A stretch of DNA of 64,000 bases from an uncultured delta proteobacterium (GTDB lineage: Bacteria; Desulfobacterota; Desulfomonilia; UBA1062), in assembly GCA_963798485.1 (NCBI GenBank), contig CAWCTR010000004.1, positions 381,801-445,800 of the forward strand, read 5' to 3'. Under the pieces are notes generated by a model. That model was given only the letters and a program-made list of their open reading frames with translations, did no database searches and was not told the DNA's origin. Within the stretch, counting starts at the first letter, position 1. Each line of letters starts with the position of its first letter. Shown piece after piece: positions 52,822-62,647 of this stretch. A program made the translations under genes and the position numbers.

Positions 52822-55800
52822 GAAGAGGCCCCGCCGGTTTCGTCAGACATTACCGGAATGTTGCGGGGACCAACTACGCGCTTGCTGAGACGATCGAAGG
52901 CCAGGTAGATCACCGGGGTGGTAAAGAGCGTCAACATCTGGCTGAAGATAAGCCCGCCCACCATCGTGATACCCAGGGGATGGCGCAGCTCTGAACCGAC
53001 CCCTGTGCCCAGCATAAGCGGCAATGCCCCGAGCAGCGCCGACAAGGTGGTCATTATAATGGGCCGGAACCTGAGCAGGGAAGCCTGGAATATGGCCTCG
53101 CGGGGTGTCTTGCCCTCCTTGCGCTCGGCATCCAGTGCAAAATCGATCATCATGATGGCGTTCTTTTTGACGATGCCGATCAAAAGGACAATGCCGATGA
53201 TGCCGATAATGCCCAGATCCGTGCGGGAAATCATGAGTGCGAGCAGTGCCCCGACACCGGCTGAGGGCAGCGTGGAAATAATCGTTATCGGATGGATGTA
53301 GCTCTCGTAAAGCACGCCTAATACAATGTATACGGCTACAATGGCGGCAAGGATCAGTAGCAGGGTGCTCGAAAGCGAGGACCTGAAAGCCAGCGCAGCG
53401 CCCTGAAAGCCGGTCCTGACGCTGATGGGAAGGCCGATTTCCTTCTCGGTCGTTTCGATTGCCTTGACCGCATCTCCCAGCGATGCGCCCTCCGCCAGAT
53501 TGAAAGAGATGGTTGCCGCGGGAAACTGCCCGAGATGGTTGACAACCAGCGGCGCCGGTTTTTCCAGGATAGTGGCGATAGAACCGAGGGGCACCTGCGT
53601 CCCTGTTAACGATGCGATGTAGAGATCGTTAAGCGCCGCCGGCCCTCGCTTATATTCGGGCTGAACCTCAAGAACGACACGGTACTGGTTCGATTGGGTG
53701 AAAATCGTGGACACGAGCCGCTGCCCGAAGGCATCGTATAATATATTATCAATGGCGGCGGTCGTGATGCCCATCCGCCCGGCGGCATTGTGGTCGATGG
53801 CGACGTAAGCCTGCAATCCTTCATCCTGAAGATCGCTTGCCACATCGGTAAGATAGGGCGACCGGGATAGCCTCTCGACAAGACGGCCATTCCACAGGTT
53901 CAATTCGCCCGGATCGGCAGTCTCCATGGTAAACTGATACTGTGTACGGCTCACCCTGTCCTCGATCGTGAGATCCTGCACGGGTTGCATGTAGAGCTCT
54001 ATGCCTTCAACCTGCATGAGCTTCGGCTGCAGGCGGCGGATGACACCTGTCGCATCGGCGTCACGTTTGTCTTTGGCCTTGAGATTGATCATTATGCGTC
54101 CGCTGTTGAGCGTGACATTGGTACCATCCACGCCGATGAAGGACGAGAGACTTTCCACGGCGGGGTCCTCTAAGATTACCTTGGCCAGGGACTGCTGGCG
54201 CGCCGCCATCGCCGAGAACGAGATCGACTGCGGGGCCTCGGATATGCCCTGAATCATGCCCGTGTCCTGCACGGGGAAGAAACCCTTGGGGATGATGACA
54301 TAAAGAAGCACGGTCAGGAGAAGCGTGGCAATGGCCGTCAGTAATGTCAACCCCTGGTGATTGAGAACCCAGGTGAGCATTTTGCCGTAGCGGGAGATCG
54401 TTTTCTCGAAGAATAACCCGCTGATACGATAAAATCGGCCCTGTTCGGCTTCGGGGATATGGTGCAGCAGTTTCGCGCACATCATGGGCGTGAGTGTCAG
54501 GGAAACAACCGCTGAAATAAGGATGGCCACGGCCAGCGTGATGGCGAATTCGCGGAACAGCCGGCCCACAACGTCCCCCATGAACAAGAGCGGGATCAGC
54601 ACGGCCACGAGAGAGATGGTAAGCGAGATAATGGTGAAGGCGATCTGCTGTGAGCCTTTGATCGCGGCTTGAAGGGGGGAGTCGCCCTGCTCGATGTATC
54701 TCGATATATTTTCTATGACGACGATGGCGTCATCCACGACGAACCCCGTAGCAATGGTAAGCGCCATCAGCGTCAGGTTGTTGATGCTGAAGCCCGCCAG
54801 ATACATCACGCCGAAGGTGCCGACGAGAGAAAGCGGCACCGCAATGCTTGGTATCACAGTGGCCGAGAGGTTGCGCAGAAACAGGAAGATCACCATGATT
54901 ACGAGCGCCACCGCCAGGAACATTTCGAACTGGACGTCTTTCACGGAAGCCCGGATGGTGGTGGTCCGGTCAGTGAGCAGCGTTACATCCACCGAGCTCG
55001 GCAGTGTTGCCCGCAGTTGCGGCATGATCTTCTTGATACGGTCCACGACTTCTATGACGTTTGCGCCGGGTTGTCGCTGTATGTTGACGATGACCGCGGG
55101 GGCATTGCTGCTCCAGGCGGCCAGACGTATATTTTCGGCGTCATCGTGCAGAGTAGCCACATCGGAGAGGTACACCGGCGCCCCATTACGGTAGGCGACA
55201 ATAAGGCGTTCATAGTCTTTCGCTAATTTGAGCTGATCGTTGGCATCGATCATCGATGCGCGCGCAGGGCCGTCGAAGCTGCCCTTGGCCTGGTTGACAT
55301 TGCCATTGGTAATGGCGGTGTGCACGTCTTCGAGGCTCAGATTATAGGCGCCAAGCGCTTTGGGATTGGCCTGGATGCGGATTGCCGGGCGCTGACCGCC
55401 GCTTATGCTCACCAGGCCGACACCCGGCAATTGCGAGATCTTCTGGGCGAGGCGCGTATCGACCAGGTCCTGGATCTTTGGCAGCGGCAGGGTTTTGGAG
55501 GTGACGGATAACGTCAGGATCGGTGCGTCGGCGGGGTTTACCTTGCTGTAGATCGGAGGCATCGGCAGATCTGTGGGCAGCAGATTCCCGGCGGCATTAA
55601 TGGCGGCCTGCACCTCCTGCTCCGCCACATCAATGGACAGGGACAGGCTGAATTGCAGGGTGATCACTGAGGCCCCGCCCGAGCTTGTGGAGGACATCTG
55701 ATTCAGTCCCGGCATCTGACCGAACTGTCGCTCCAGCGGTGCGGTAATGGATGAGGTGACCACGTCCGGACTTGCGCCCGGATAAAGTGTGACGACCTGA

Positions 55801-55934
55801 ATCGTCGGGTAGTCCACCTGGGGAAGGGCCGAGATCGACAGCACGTTGTACGCTATGATGCCCGACAGGAGAATGGCCGTCATGAGTAAGGATGTTGCGA
55901 CAGGCCGCTCGATGAAAGGACGGGAGGGATTCAT
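52818..55934 (-). CDS. mdtB: RND efflux permease MdtB-like
   Basis: [31 protein letters not shown]. Confidence 0.87.
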   Translation of the reverse strand: MNPSRPFIERPVATSLLMTAILLSGIIAYNVLSISALPQVDYPTIQVVTLYPGASPDVVTSSITAPLERQFGQMPGLNQMSSTSSGGASVITLQFSLSLSIDVAEQEVQAAINAAGNLLPTDLPMPPIYSKVNPADAPILTLSVTSKTLPLPKIQDLVDTRLAQKISQLPGVGLVSISGGQRPAIRIQANPKALGAYNLSLEDVHTAITNGNVNQAKGSFDGPARASMIDANDQLKLAKDYERLIVAYRNGAPVYLSDVATLHDDAENIRLAAWSSNAPAVIVNIQRQPGANVIEVVDRIKKIMPQLRATLPSSVDVTLLTDRTTTIRASVKDVQFEMFLAVALVIMVIFLFLRNLSATVIPSIAVPLSLVGTFGVMYLAGFSINNLTLMALTIATGFVVDDAIVVIENISRYIEQGDSPLQAAIKGSQQIAFTIISLTISLVAVLIPLLFMGDVVGRLFREFAITLAVAILISAVVSLTLTPMMCAKLLHHIPEAEQGRFYRISGLFFEKTISRYGKMLTWVLNHQGLTLLTAIATLLLTVLLYVIIPKGFFPVQDTGMIQGISEAPQSISFSAMAARQQSLAKVILEDPAVESLSSFIGVDGTNVTLNSGRIMINLKAKDKRDADATGVIRRLQPKLMQVEGIELYMQPVQDLTIEDRVSRTQYQFTMETADPGELNLWNGRLVERLSRSPYLTDVASDLQDEGLQAYVAIDHNAAGRMGITTAAIDNILYDAFGQRLVSTIFTQSNQYRVVLEVQPEYKRGPAALNDLYIASLTGTQVPLGSIATILEKPAPLVVNHLGQFPAATISFNLAEGASLGDAVKAIETTEKEIGLPISVRTGFQGAALAFRSSLSSTLLLILAAIVAVYIVLGVLYESYIHPITIISTLPSAGVGALLALMISRTDLGIIGIIGIVLLIGIVKKNAIMMIDFALDAERKEGKTPREAIFQASLLRFRPIIMTTLSALLGALPLMLGTGVGSELRHPLGITMVGGLIFSQMLTLFTTPVIYLAFDRLSKRVVGPRNIPVMSDETGGASS

Positions 55935-56001
55935 AGGGTTGTCTGTGTCAATAAGTCAGCGCGGCAATGACGTCGGTGATTGTGTGCACCATAGCTCGGC
56001 C

Positions 56002-57279
56002 TTATCCTTTAGACTTTCCCTTAGGGACACCATTACGGGAATTTTTTTTCCCCTTTGCAGGAGTGAGCGCGGCATCGTTCGTGACGATCGTCACCTTCGT
56101 GCCTTCGCGCAGTTTGTCACCTCCGACCACGACCACAAATTCTCCCGGTGCCAGACCGTTCAAGACAGCCACGTTTTCACCTTCCGTGGGACCAAGCTTC
56201 AATTGACGCACGTTTATGCTCTTGTCCCGCTTCACGACATAGGCAAAGGTGCCGATGGAGCCGCGCTGCACTGCCGCAGTGGCCATGACGGTCACGCCGG
56301 CCAAGGTGTCCACTTTCATAACGACATTGACGAATTGGTTGGGAAAAAGCTCGTTATTTGTGTTTGCGAATTTGGCCTTGAGTTTCACGGTTCCCGTGGT
56401 TGTGTCGATCTGGTTGTCGACGGCCAGCAGTGTCCCCTTGGCCAACAGGGTTTTACCATCCTGACTGTAAGCGTAGACAGGCAACACTTCTCCCGTACGC
56501 ACGCGTTTCATGATGGCGGGCAGATTATCCTGCGGCACCGAAAATACGACGGTGACCGGTTGGAGCTGCGTTATCACCGCCATCGGGTTCACATCGCTCG
56601 GTTGAACCATATTCCCCTGGTCCACCAGTCGCAAACCGATACGCCCCGATACCGGCGCAATAACCCGCGAATAGGTAAGTTGCAGTTTTGCGTTGGCGAT
56701 CTGCCCCTGGTCCGTTTTCACTGCCCCCTTGTATTGCTGCACCAGCGATTCCTGGGTGGTCACCTGCTGATCGGCGATGGAATCCTGTTTCAGCAGCAGC
56801 TTGTAACGTTCCAGGTCGCTCACGGCATTCATCAACAGCGATTCATCGCGGGCAAGCTGCCCTTCGGCTTGCATGAGCTGGACCTCAAAGGGCCTGGGGT
56901 CTATCTCGGCCAGCAACATACCTGCCTTTACAATCTGTCCCTCCTCGAAATGCACCCGTAAAAGCTGTCCGCTGACCTGGGACCTAACGGTGACCGTGTT
57001 CACGGGTATTACGGTGCCGAGGCCTCTCAGGTTGATATCCATATCCGCCTTTCTGGCTTTAACGGCCATCACCGGCAGGGGACGCTGGGCATCATTTAAG
57101 GCCTTGGCGCGCACCACGGCTTGAGTTGCCGTCTGCATCAGGAATATCTTGTAAGCTGTGCCAGCGATACAGACGACGATCACGAGCCAGATCCATCGAC
57201 TTCGCTTCATGTTAGAAAAGAAATGCGTTCCTTTCATGCGGGGTTGTTGAGTGGGCTCATTCTCTTGTGGAGGATTCAT
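56002..57279 (-). CDS. mdtA: RND periplasmic adaptor MdtA-like
   Basis: GLGTV..NTVTVRS, EIDPRPF, DNQIDTTTGT, LFPNQFVN. Confidence 0.87.
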   Translation of the reverse strand: MNPPQENEPTQQPRMKGTHFFSNMKRSRWIWLVIVVCIAGTAYKIFLMQTATQAVVRAKALNDAQRPLPVMAVKARKADMDINLRGLGTVIPVNTVTVRSQVSGQLLRVHFEEGQIVKAGMLLAEIDPRPFEVQLMQAEGQLARDESLLMNAVSDLERYKLLLKQDSIADQQVTTQESLVQQYKGAVKTDQGQIANAKLQLTYSRVIAPVSGRIGLRLVDQGNMVQPSDVNPMAVITQLQPVTVVFSVPQDNLPAIMKRVRTGEVLPVYAYSQDGKTLLAKGTLLAVDNQIDTTTGTVKLKAKFANTNNELFPNQFVNVVMKVDTLAGVTVMATAAVQRGSIGTFAYVVKRDKSINVRQLKLGPTEGENVAVLNGLAPGEFVVVVGGDKLREGTKVTIVTNDAALTPAKGKKNSRNGVPKGKSKG

Positions 57280-57356
57280 TTTACCCCTTCGCCCCGATAA
57301 ATTCTTTGGACCACGCCAAAGTTACGTAATATCGCTAAACATAGCAATTAGATGTA

Positions 57357-58457
57357 TTAATAAGGTGTTTCAACCTGAGATGCTATGCCTACAAATTCTG
57401 TTACCGTGTTATCGCCCCAATTGGCAACCCAAACATTGCCTGAACCGTCTATGGCTATGCCATATGGTTTGCTGCCTGCAGCATAAGTCCCTTTAAACAC
57501 TCCTGAAGGACTGAATTCGGTTACATTGTTGCCGGTGCTACTGACAACCCAAACATTGCCTGAACCGTCTAGTGCTATTCCTGTTGGACCGGCGCTCACA
57601 CTAAAAGTTTCTAAAACTGCTCCGGCAGAACTGAGTTCGACTACAGTGTCACTGCCCTGATTGGTAACCCAAATATTGCCTGAACCGTCTAGTGCTGTTC
57701 CTGTTGGACCGGTGCTCACCGTAAAGTTTTCTAAAACTGAACCTGAAGAACTGAATTCGGTTACATTGTTACCGGTGCTACCGGCAACCCAAACATTACC
57801 TGAACCGTCTAGTGCTATTCCTGTTGGACTGGGGTTCACAGTAAAAGATTCTAAAACTGCGCCGGTAGAACTGAATTCGGTTACCCTGTTCCCGGTGCTA
57901 CTGACAACCCAAACATTACCTGAACCGTCTATGGCTATGCCCGTCGGATTGGTGCTCACGGTAAAAGTTCCTAAAACTGCGCCGGCAGAACTGAGTTCAG
58001 TTACACTGTCACTGCCCTGATTGGCAACCCAGACATTACCAGAATTGTCTATGGCTATGCCGGATGGCTCGTCGCTGCCTACAGGGTAAGTATTTGGATC
58101 TCTCGGTGTAGCGATTACCATTGTGCCTCCATTTTCGCCCGCGCTATTCACCAACCTTACTTCAAAGATGTATGTGGTGCCGTTTGTAAGACCGGTAGCA
58201 GTGTAGCTTGTATTTGTTGTTGAACCAATCTCTGTGTAAGGTCCATCAAAAATGGTAGCTTCATATACATTATAACTTGTTGCGCCGGTTGATGCGGTCC
58301 ATGAAAGGTTTATTTGGCTGGAAGATGCCGCAGTTGCAGTCAGCCCTGTCGGCATTGTGGCGGATTCGGTGCCTTTGCAGCCATTCAGGACCATGGATAA
58401 ACATACAACAAAGAAGCAGACCAAGACGACCTTGAACTTTTCTATACCCTTCATCAT
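57357..58457 (-). CDS. FN3 + NHL-repeat beta-propeller lipoprotein (copy 1)
   Basis: Lipobox LNGC; FN3 (PTGLTA...LSW...SYNVY...LTNGTTY.FEV); six 40-aa P.GIA.D.SGNVWV repeats. Confidence 0.85.
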   Translation of the reverse strand: MMKGIEKFKVVLVCFFVVCLSMVLNGCKGTESATMPTGLTATAASSSQINLSWTASTGATSYNVYEATIFDGPYTEIGSTTNTSYTATGLTNGTTYIFEVRLVNSAGENGGTMVIATPRDPNTYPVGSDEPSGIAIDNSGNVWVANQGSDSVTELSSAGAVLGTFTVSTNPTGIAIDGSGNVWVVSSTGNRVTEFSSTGAVLESFTVNPSPTGIALDGSGNVWVAGSTGNNVTEFSSSGSVLENFTVSTGPTGTALDGSGNIWVTNQGSDTVVELSSAGAVLETFSVSAGPTGIALDGSGNVWVVSSTGNNVTEFSPSGVFKGTYAAGSKPYGIAIDGSGNVWVANWGDNTVTEFVGIASQVETPY

Positions 58458-58465
58458 AACGAAAA

Positions 58466-58687
58466 TCAGCCGATCAAGAGGCGGTCCTTTTTGGTGGATT
58501 CCTTTGAAGTGGTTTCTTTCTGCATCTCCTGGGCCATATGATCAAAAATCTCTTTGGAAAAAATTACAATGTCTTTATTCGTGAACCCGTTGCGGATGAG
58601 TTCACGGTAAAGGCTCTTGGCGAGAATCTTGACGGCTTTATCCGTATCCATATTCTTCAATAGTATGTCGAGATTTCCCTTGTGCAT
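58466..58687 (-). CDS. Small helical hypothetical protein
   Basis: RBS AGGAG; KILAKSLYRELIRNGF...IV.FS.EI amphipathic pattern. Confidence 0.6.
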   Translation of the reverse strand: MHKGNLDILLKNMDTDKAVKILAKSLYRELIRNGFTNKDIVIFSKEIFDHMAQEMQKETTSKESTKKDRLLIG

Positions 58688-58790
58688 TTGTCATATCTCC
58701 TGATTTAGAAGCGCTTTCAAGTACGTAAAGGACCCTCTCCTTTCCTGTTGATGGAGGCGCTTCCTCGACCCGGGTATCCGCCGTTAAAGA

Positions 58791-59411
58791 CTACAGAACC
58801 GTCACGACAACCGAGTCTTGCGTTGTAGCTCCAGTGTTGTCGGTCACGGTGAGCGTCACCGTATAGGTGCCGGCAGCGCTGAATCGTATTGAGCCGGGGT
58901 CCTGTGTCGTGCTGTTGGTTGCGCCACCACCGAAGTCCCACGAGTAGGTGTATGGGCTTGTCCCGTTGGATACCGTACTCTGGAAATTCACCGTCTGCCC
59001 TGCGTTAATCTGTACAGTCCCGGTGGGTGAGGTTATGCTTGCTGTAAGAGTCGATGAAGACTGAACGGTCACGACAACCGAGTCTTGCGCTGTATCTCCA
59101 GTATTGTCGGTCACCGTGAGATTTACCGTATATGTCCCTGCTGTGCTGAATGTTGTTTCACCGGGATTCTGTATCGTGCTGTCGGTTGCACCACCACCGA
59201 AATCCCAAGAAAAGGTATACGGGCTTGTGCCATTGGATACAGAGCATTCGAAATTAACCGACTGTCCCGCAGAAATAGTTATACCACTTGAGGGTGAGTT
59301 TATCGTCACTGTAAAGGGATTCACCCCCCAGAAGTCGCACCCTGTAATAAGCATTACTGTGAAGAAGATTCCGATTGCCCGTGTGATCATTGATAGTCTT
59401 GCTTTATCCAT
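58791..59411 (-). CDS. Tandem PKD-domain lipoprotein
   Basis: Lipobox ITGC; two YT.SWDFGGG...F..AGTYTV.LTVTD repeats. Confidence 0.88.
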   Translation of the reverse strand: MDKARLSMITRAIGIFFTVMLITGCDFWGVNPFTVTINSPSSGITISAGQSVNFECSVSNGTSPYTFSWDFGGGATDSTIQNPGETTFSTAGTYTVNLTVTDNTGDTAQDSVVVTVQSSSTLTASITSPTGTVQINAGQTVNFQSTVSNGTSPYTYSWDFGGGATNSTTQDPGSIRFSAAGTYTVTLTVTDNTGATTQDSVVVTVL

Positions 59412-59482
59412 TGAGGATACCCCTTATGTTCAAGGCAGTTTTCTTATCCGATTCCAAGCATGCACATTATACGCTCGTTCGA

Positions 59483-59631
59483 GATCTTTAACCTGTCCTC
59501 TTCGATTACCCTGTTCTGGGCAAGCGCAGATGTCTCATTGATTGTATCCTTTTCAAGCATATCATGCAACTTGAAGCGGTCTTTCATGATAAAATGAGTC
59601 CTGCCGAACATATCAATGTCATTATGACCAG
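59483..59631. repeat. 149-bp dispersed direct repeat, copy A
   Basis: Near-identical to 61027-61175. Confidence 0.9.
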
Positions 59632-59780
59632 AGACGTTTTCATAGAATTCTTCCCCCGTAGCTCTTTCATAGTGCCTCCTGTGTTTTTCTCTTTAGCCGT
59701 TTAAGACGTATGAGATTTCCGAAATGTCTACACAAGGACTAATTACTACTCCCCTGTTGAATATGTAAAACCAAAGGTGT

Positions 59781-60860
59781 TTAAACGTGAGATGCTATTC
59801 CTACAAATTCGGTTACCGTGTTATCGCCCTGATTGGCAACCCAAACATTGCCTGAACTGTCTATGGCTATGAAATATGGTTCGCTGCCTACATCATAAGT
59901 CCCTTTAAACACGCCGGAAGAACTGAGTTCGGTTACATTGTTATCGGTACTACTGACAATCCAAACATTGTATGAACTGTCTATGGCTATGCCTGTTGGA
60001 CTGGTGCCTACAGTAAAAGTTCCTAAAACTGCGCCGGAAGAACTGAATTCGGTTACATTGTTACCGATACTACTGACAACCCAAACATTGCCGGAACCGT
60101 CTATGGCTATGCCATATGGAGCGCTATCTACAGTATAGATCACTATAAGCCCTCCGGCAGAATTGAGTTCGGTTACCGTGTTATCGCCATGATTGGCAAC
60201 CCAAACATTGCCTGAACTGTCTATGGCAATGCCTGTCGGACTGGTGCCTACAGTAAAAGTTCCTAAAACTGCGCCTGAAGAACTGAGTTCGGTTACCTTG
60301 TTATCGGTACTACTGACAACCCAAACATTGCCTGAACTGTCTATGGCAATGCCTGTCGGACTGGTGCCTACAGTAAAAGTTCCTAAAACTGCGCCTGAAG
60401 AACTGAGTTTGGTTACCTTGTTATCGGTACTACTGGCAATCCAAATATTGCCTGAACTGTCTATGGCAATGCCTGTCGGACTGGTGCCCACAGTATAAGT
60501 ATTAGGGGCTTGCGGCGTAGCGCTTACCTGATTTGAGTAATTAGTTTCGCCTGCGGCACACACCGCCGTTACTACAAAGTAGTATGTGGTGCCGCTGGTA
60601 AGGCTTGTAGCAGTAGAACTTGTTGTTGTGGAAAAAGAAGTAATCTTTGTGTAAGGTCCTCCAGAGGTGGTAGATTCATATACATTATAACTTGTTGCGC
60701 CGTCTGATGCATTCCATGCAAGGTTTATTTTGCTGGAAGAGGCCGCAGTTGCAGTCAGCCCTGCTGGTGCTTCAACCGCTCCAGTGTCACTGCAGCCATT
60801 CATAACTATAGATAAAGATACAACAAAGAAGCATACCAAGACGACCCATAATTTTTTCAT
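59781..60860 (-). CDS. FN3 + NHL-repeat beta-propeller lipoprotein (copy 2)
   Basis: Lipobox MNGC; paralog of 57357-58457; near-identical 120-bp internal repeats. Confidence 0.85.
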   Translation of the reverse strand: MKKLWVVLVCFFVVSLSIVMNGCSDTGAVEAPAGLTATAASSSKINLAWNASDGATSYNVYESTTSGGPYTKITSFSTTTSSTATSLTSGTTYYFVVTAVCAAGETNYSNQVSATPQAPNTYTVGTSPTGIAIDSSGNIWIASSTDNKVTKLSSSGAVLGTFTVGTSPTGIAIDSSGNVWVVSSTDNKVTELSSSGAVLGTFTVGTSPTGIAIDSSGNVWVANHGDNTVTELNSAGGLIVIYTVDSAPYGIAIDGSGNVWVVSSIGNNVTEFSSSGAVLGTFTVGTSPTGIAIDSSYNVWIVSSTDNNVTELSSSGVFKGTYDVGSEPYFIAIDSSGNVWVANQGDNTVTEFVGIASHV

Positions 60861-61026
60861 AACTTTCCCATTTCTTAAATTACTGGGTAACACAAAACAA
60901 ACAGGAAAGATTGATTATTCACAGATGAAATCCTTGATACTGACGACATGATTCCCTCCTTTAATGGGTTTGATAGAAATAGAATAGTATAATTCCCTGC
61001 TAACCTGCATGCAAGAGGTTAACCAT

Positions 61027-61175
61027 GATCTTTAACCCGTCCTCTTCGATTACTTTGTTCTGGGCAAGCGCAAATGTCTCATTGATTGTATCCTTTTCAA
61101 GCATAACATGCAACTTGAAGCGGTCTTTCATGATAAAATAAGTCCTTCTAAACATATCAATGTCATTATGACCAG
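61027..61175. repeat. 149-bp dispersed direct repeat, copy B
   Basis: Near-identical to 59483-59631. Confidence 0.9.
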
Positions 61176-61194
61176 TGAAGTAGCCGGCCTTTAT

Positions 61195-62640
61195 CTATTG
61201 TTGAGATTTCGGCACCACTTCCCACCCGCCACCCAAGGCCTTGTAAAGGGCGATGAGATCGGTGACGATGCTGCGCTCGCTCAGCACCAACGCATCCTGG
61301 GAAGAGTAGAGCGAACGCTGGGCATTGAGCACGTTGAGAAAATCGGTCATGCCTTCCGTGTAGAGCTTTAGCGACAGGTCCACGGCCTTTTCGTTGGCCG
61401 CGACAGCGTTGGCAAGCACTTTACGATGTTGCTGCTCCTTGGAATATGCGATGAGCGCATTCTCCACGTCCTGTAGTGCACCCAGCACCGTTGCCTGGTA
61501 CGTGATCAAGGCCTGGTCACGGAGCGCCTCCTGCACGTGGATGTTCGAAACGATGGCGCCCCCTTCAAAAATGGACCACGTGGCCGTGGGACCGAAAAAG
61601 AATGAGCGGTTGGTTTTTGTCAACCAGGAGCCGAACCGGTTATTCTTCCAGTCCACTTCGCCGGTAAGTGAAAACGCCGGGAAGAGATCCGCGACGGCAA
61701 CGCCGATCTGGGCAGTGGCGCTGTGAAGCTGGGCTTCGGCCTCACGGATGTCGGGCCGGCGGCGGAGCAAATCCGATGGTATCCCCGCGGGGATCTGCGC
61801 AGGTATACCGGGCAGGTTGCCTGTGGGCGACAGCTGTGCCAGCAAATCCGCCGGAGGACGGGCCAAGAGCACGCTCAGTGCATAGATGGATTGTTGCGCT
61901 TCGGTTTCAAAGACGGGGATTTGAGACTCGGTCGTCGCGGCGTTGCTGTCCGCATTTGCGACATCGAGGCCGCTGTCGAACCCGACTTTGTAGAGCTTGT
62001 GCGTGATCTCTGCTGTGTGCTGCTGGCTTTTCAAATTATTTTGCACGACCACGATTTCCTGTTGGTATCCTCGGAGTTGGACATAATTGAGCGCGACTTC
62101 TGCGATGAGGCTCACCTGCACGTCTCGTAAGTTTTCAACAGCCGCCTCGATGTTCGCGTTCGCCGCTTCGACCGCACGGCGCTGGCCGCCGAATATATCG
62201 AGTTCCCATACCGCATCCAGTCCGGCCTCATAAAGACCTTGCGAAGCGTTCCCCGGCGTGACGCCCGCCGTATGCTCCCGCTGGTAACTGCCGGATACTG
62301 TCGCTGACGGCCACAAACCGCCCGCGGTCACGCCACGCATCGCGCGGGCTTGGCGCAGTCGCGCTTCGGCGAGCGCGAGATCAAGATTCGCCTTGAGGGC
62401 CTCATCGACCAGCGCGGTCAATGTCGGGTCATTGAACTGCCGCCACCACCCCGTGAGGTCGGCCTGCTGTGGTGTCGCGACGGACGGTTGGCCTGTATTA
62501 TCCACGCCGGCCCACGCACCAGGGAGCGCCGCAGGCTGCGAGGTGTGATAATCCGGGCCGCTCATGCACCCGCTCAAAAGCACCATAATCAAACCGAGCG
62601 CCCTAACCGGGACCACGTGCCATTGTTCCTTCACCTTCAT
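61195..62640 (-). CDS. NodT-family outer-membrane efflux lipoprotein
   Basis: Start at MKVKEQ after GAGG; lipobox LSGC, GPDY, WELDIFG, LRRRPDI, YKALGGGW. Confidence 0.9.
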   Translation of the reverse strand: MKVKEQWHVVPVRALGLIMVLLSGCMSGPDYHTSQPAALPGAWAGVDNTGQPSVATPQQADLTGWWRQFNDPTLTALVDEALKANLDLALAEARLRQARAMRGVTAGGLWPSATVSGSYQREHTAGVTPGNASQGLYEAGLDAVWELDIFGGQRRAVEAANANIEAAVENLRDVQVSLIAEVALNYVQLRGYQQEIVVVQNNLKSQQHTAEITHKLYKVGFDSGLDVANADSNAATTESQIPVFETEAQQSIYALSVLLARPPADLLAQLSPTGNLPGIPAQIPAGIPSDLLRRRPDIREAEAQLHSATAQIGVAVADLFPAFSLTGEVDWKNNRFGSWLTKTNRSFFFGPTATWSIFEGGAIVSNIHVQEALRDQALITYQATVLGALQDVENALIAYSKEQQHRKVLANAVAANEKAVDLSLKLYTEGMTDFLNVLNAQRSLYSSQDALVLSERSIVTDLIALYKALGGGWEVVPKSQQ

Positions 62641-62647
62641 CGCCACC

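Noticed and set aside
59800-60500. 120-bp tandem repeats as a CRISPR array or DGR template/variable repeats
   Set aside because: They are in-frame NHL blades; no unique spacers, no reverse transcriptase, no evident adenine-specific variation
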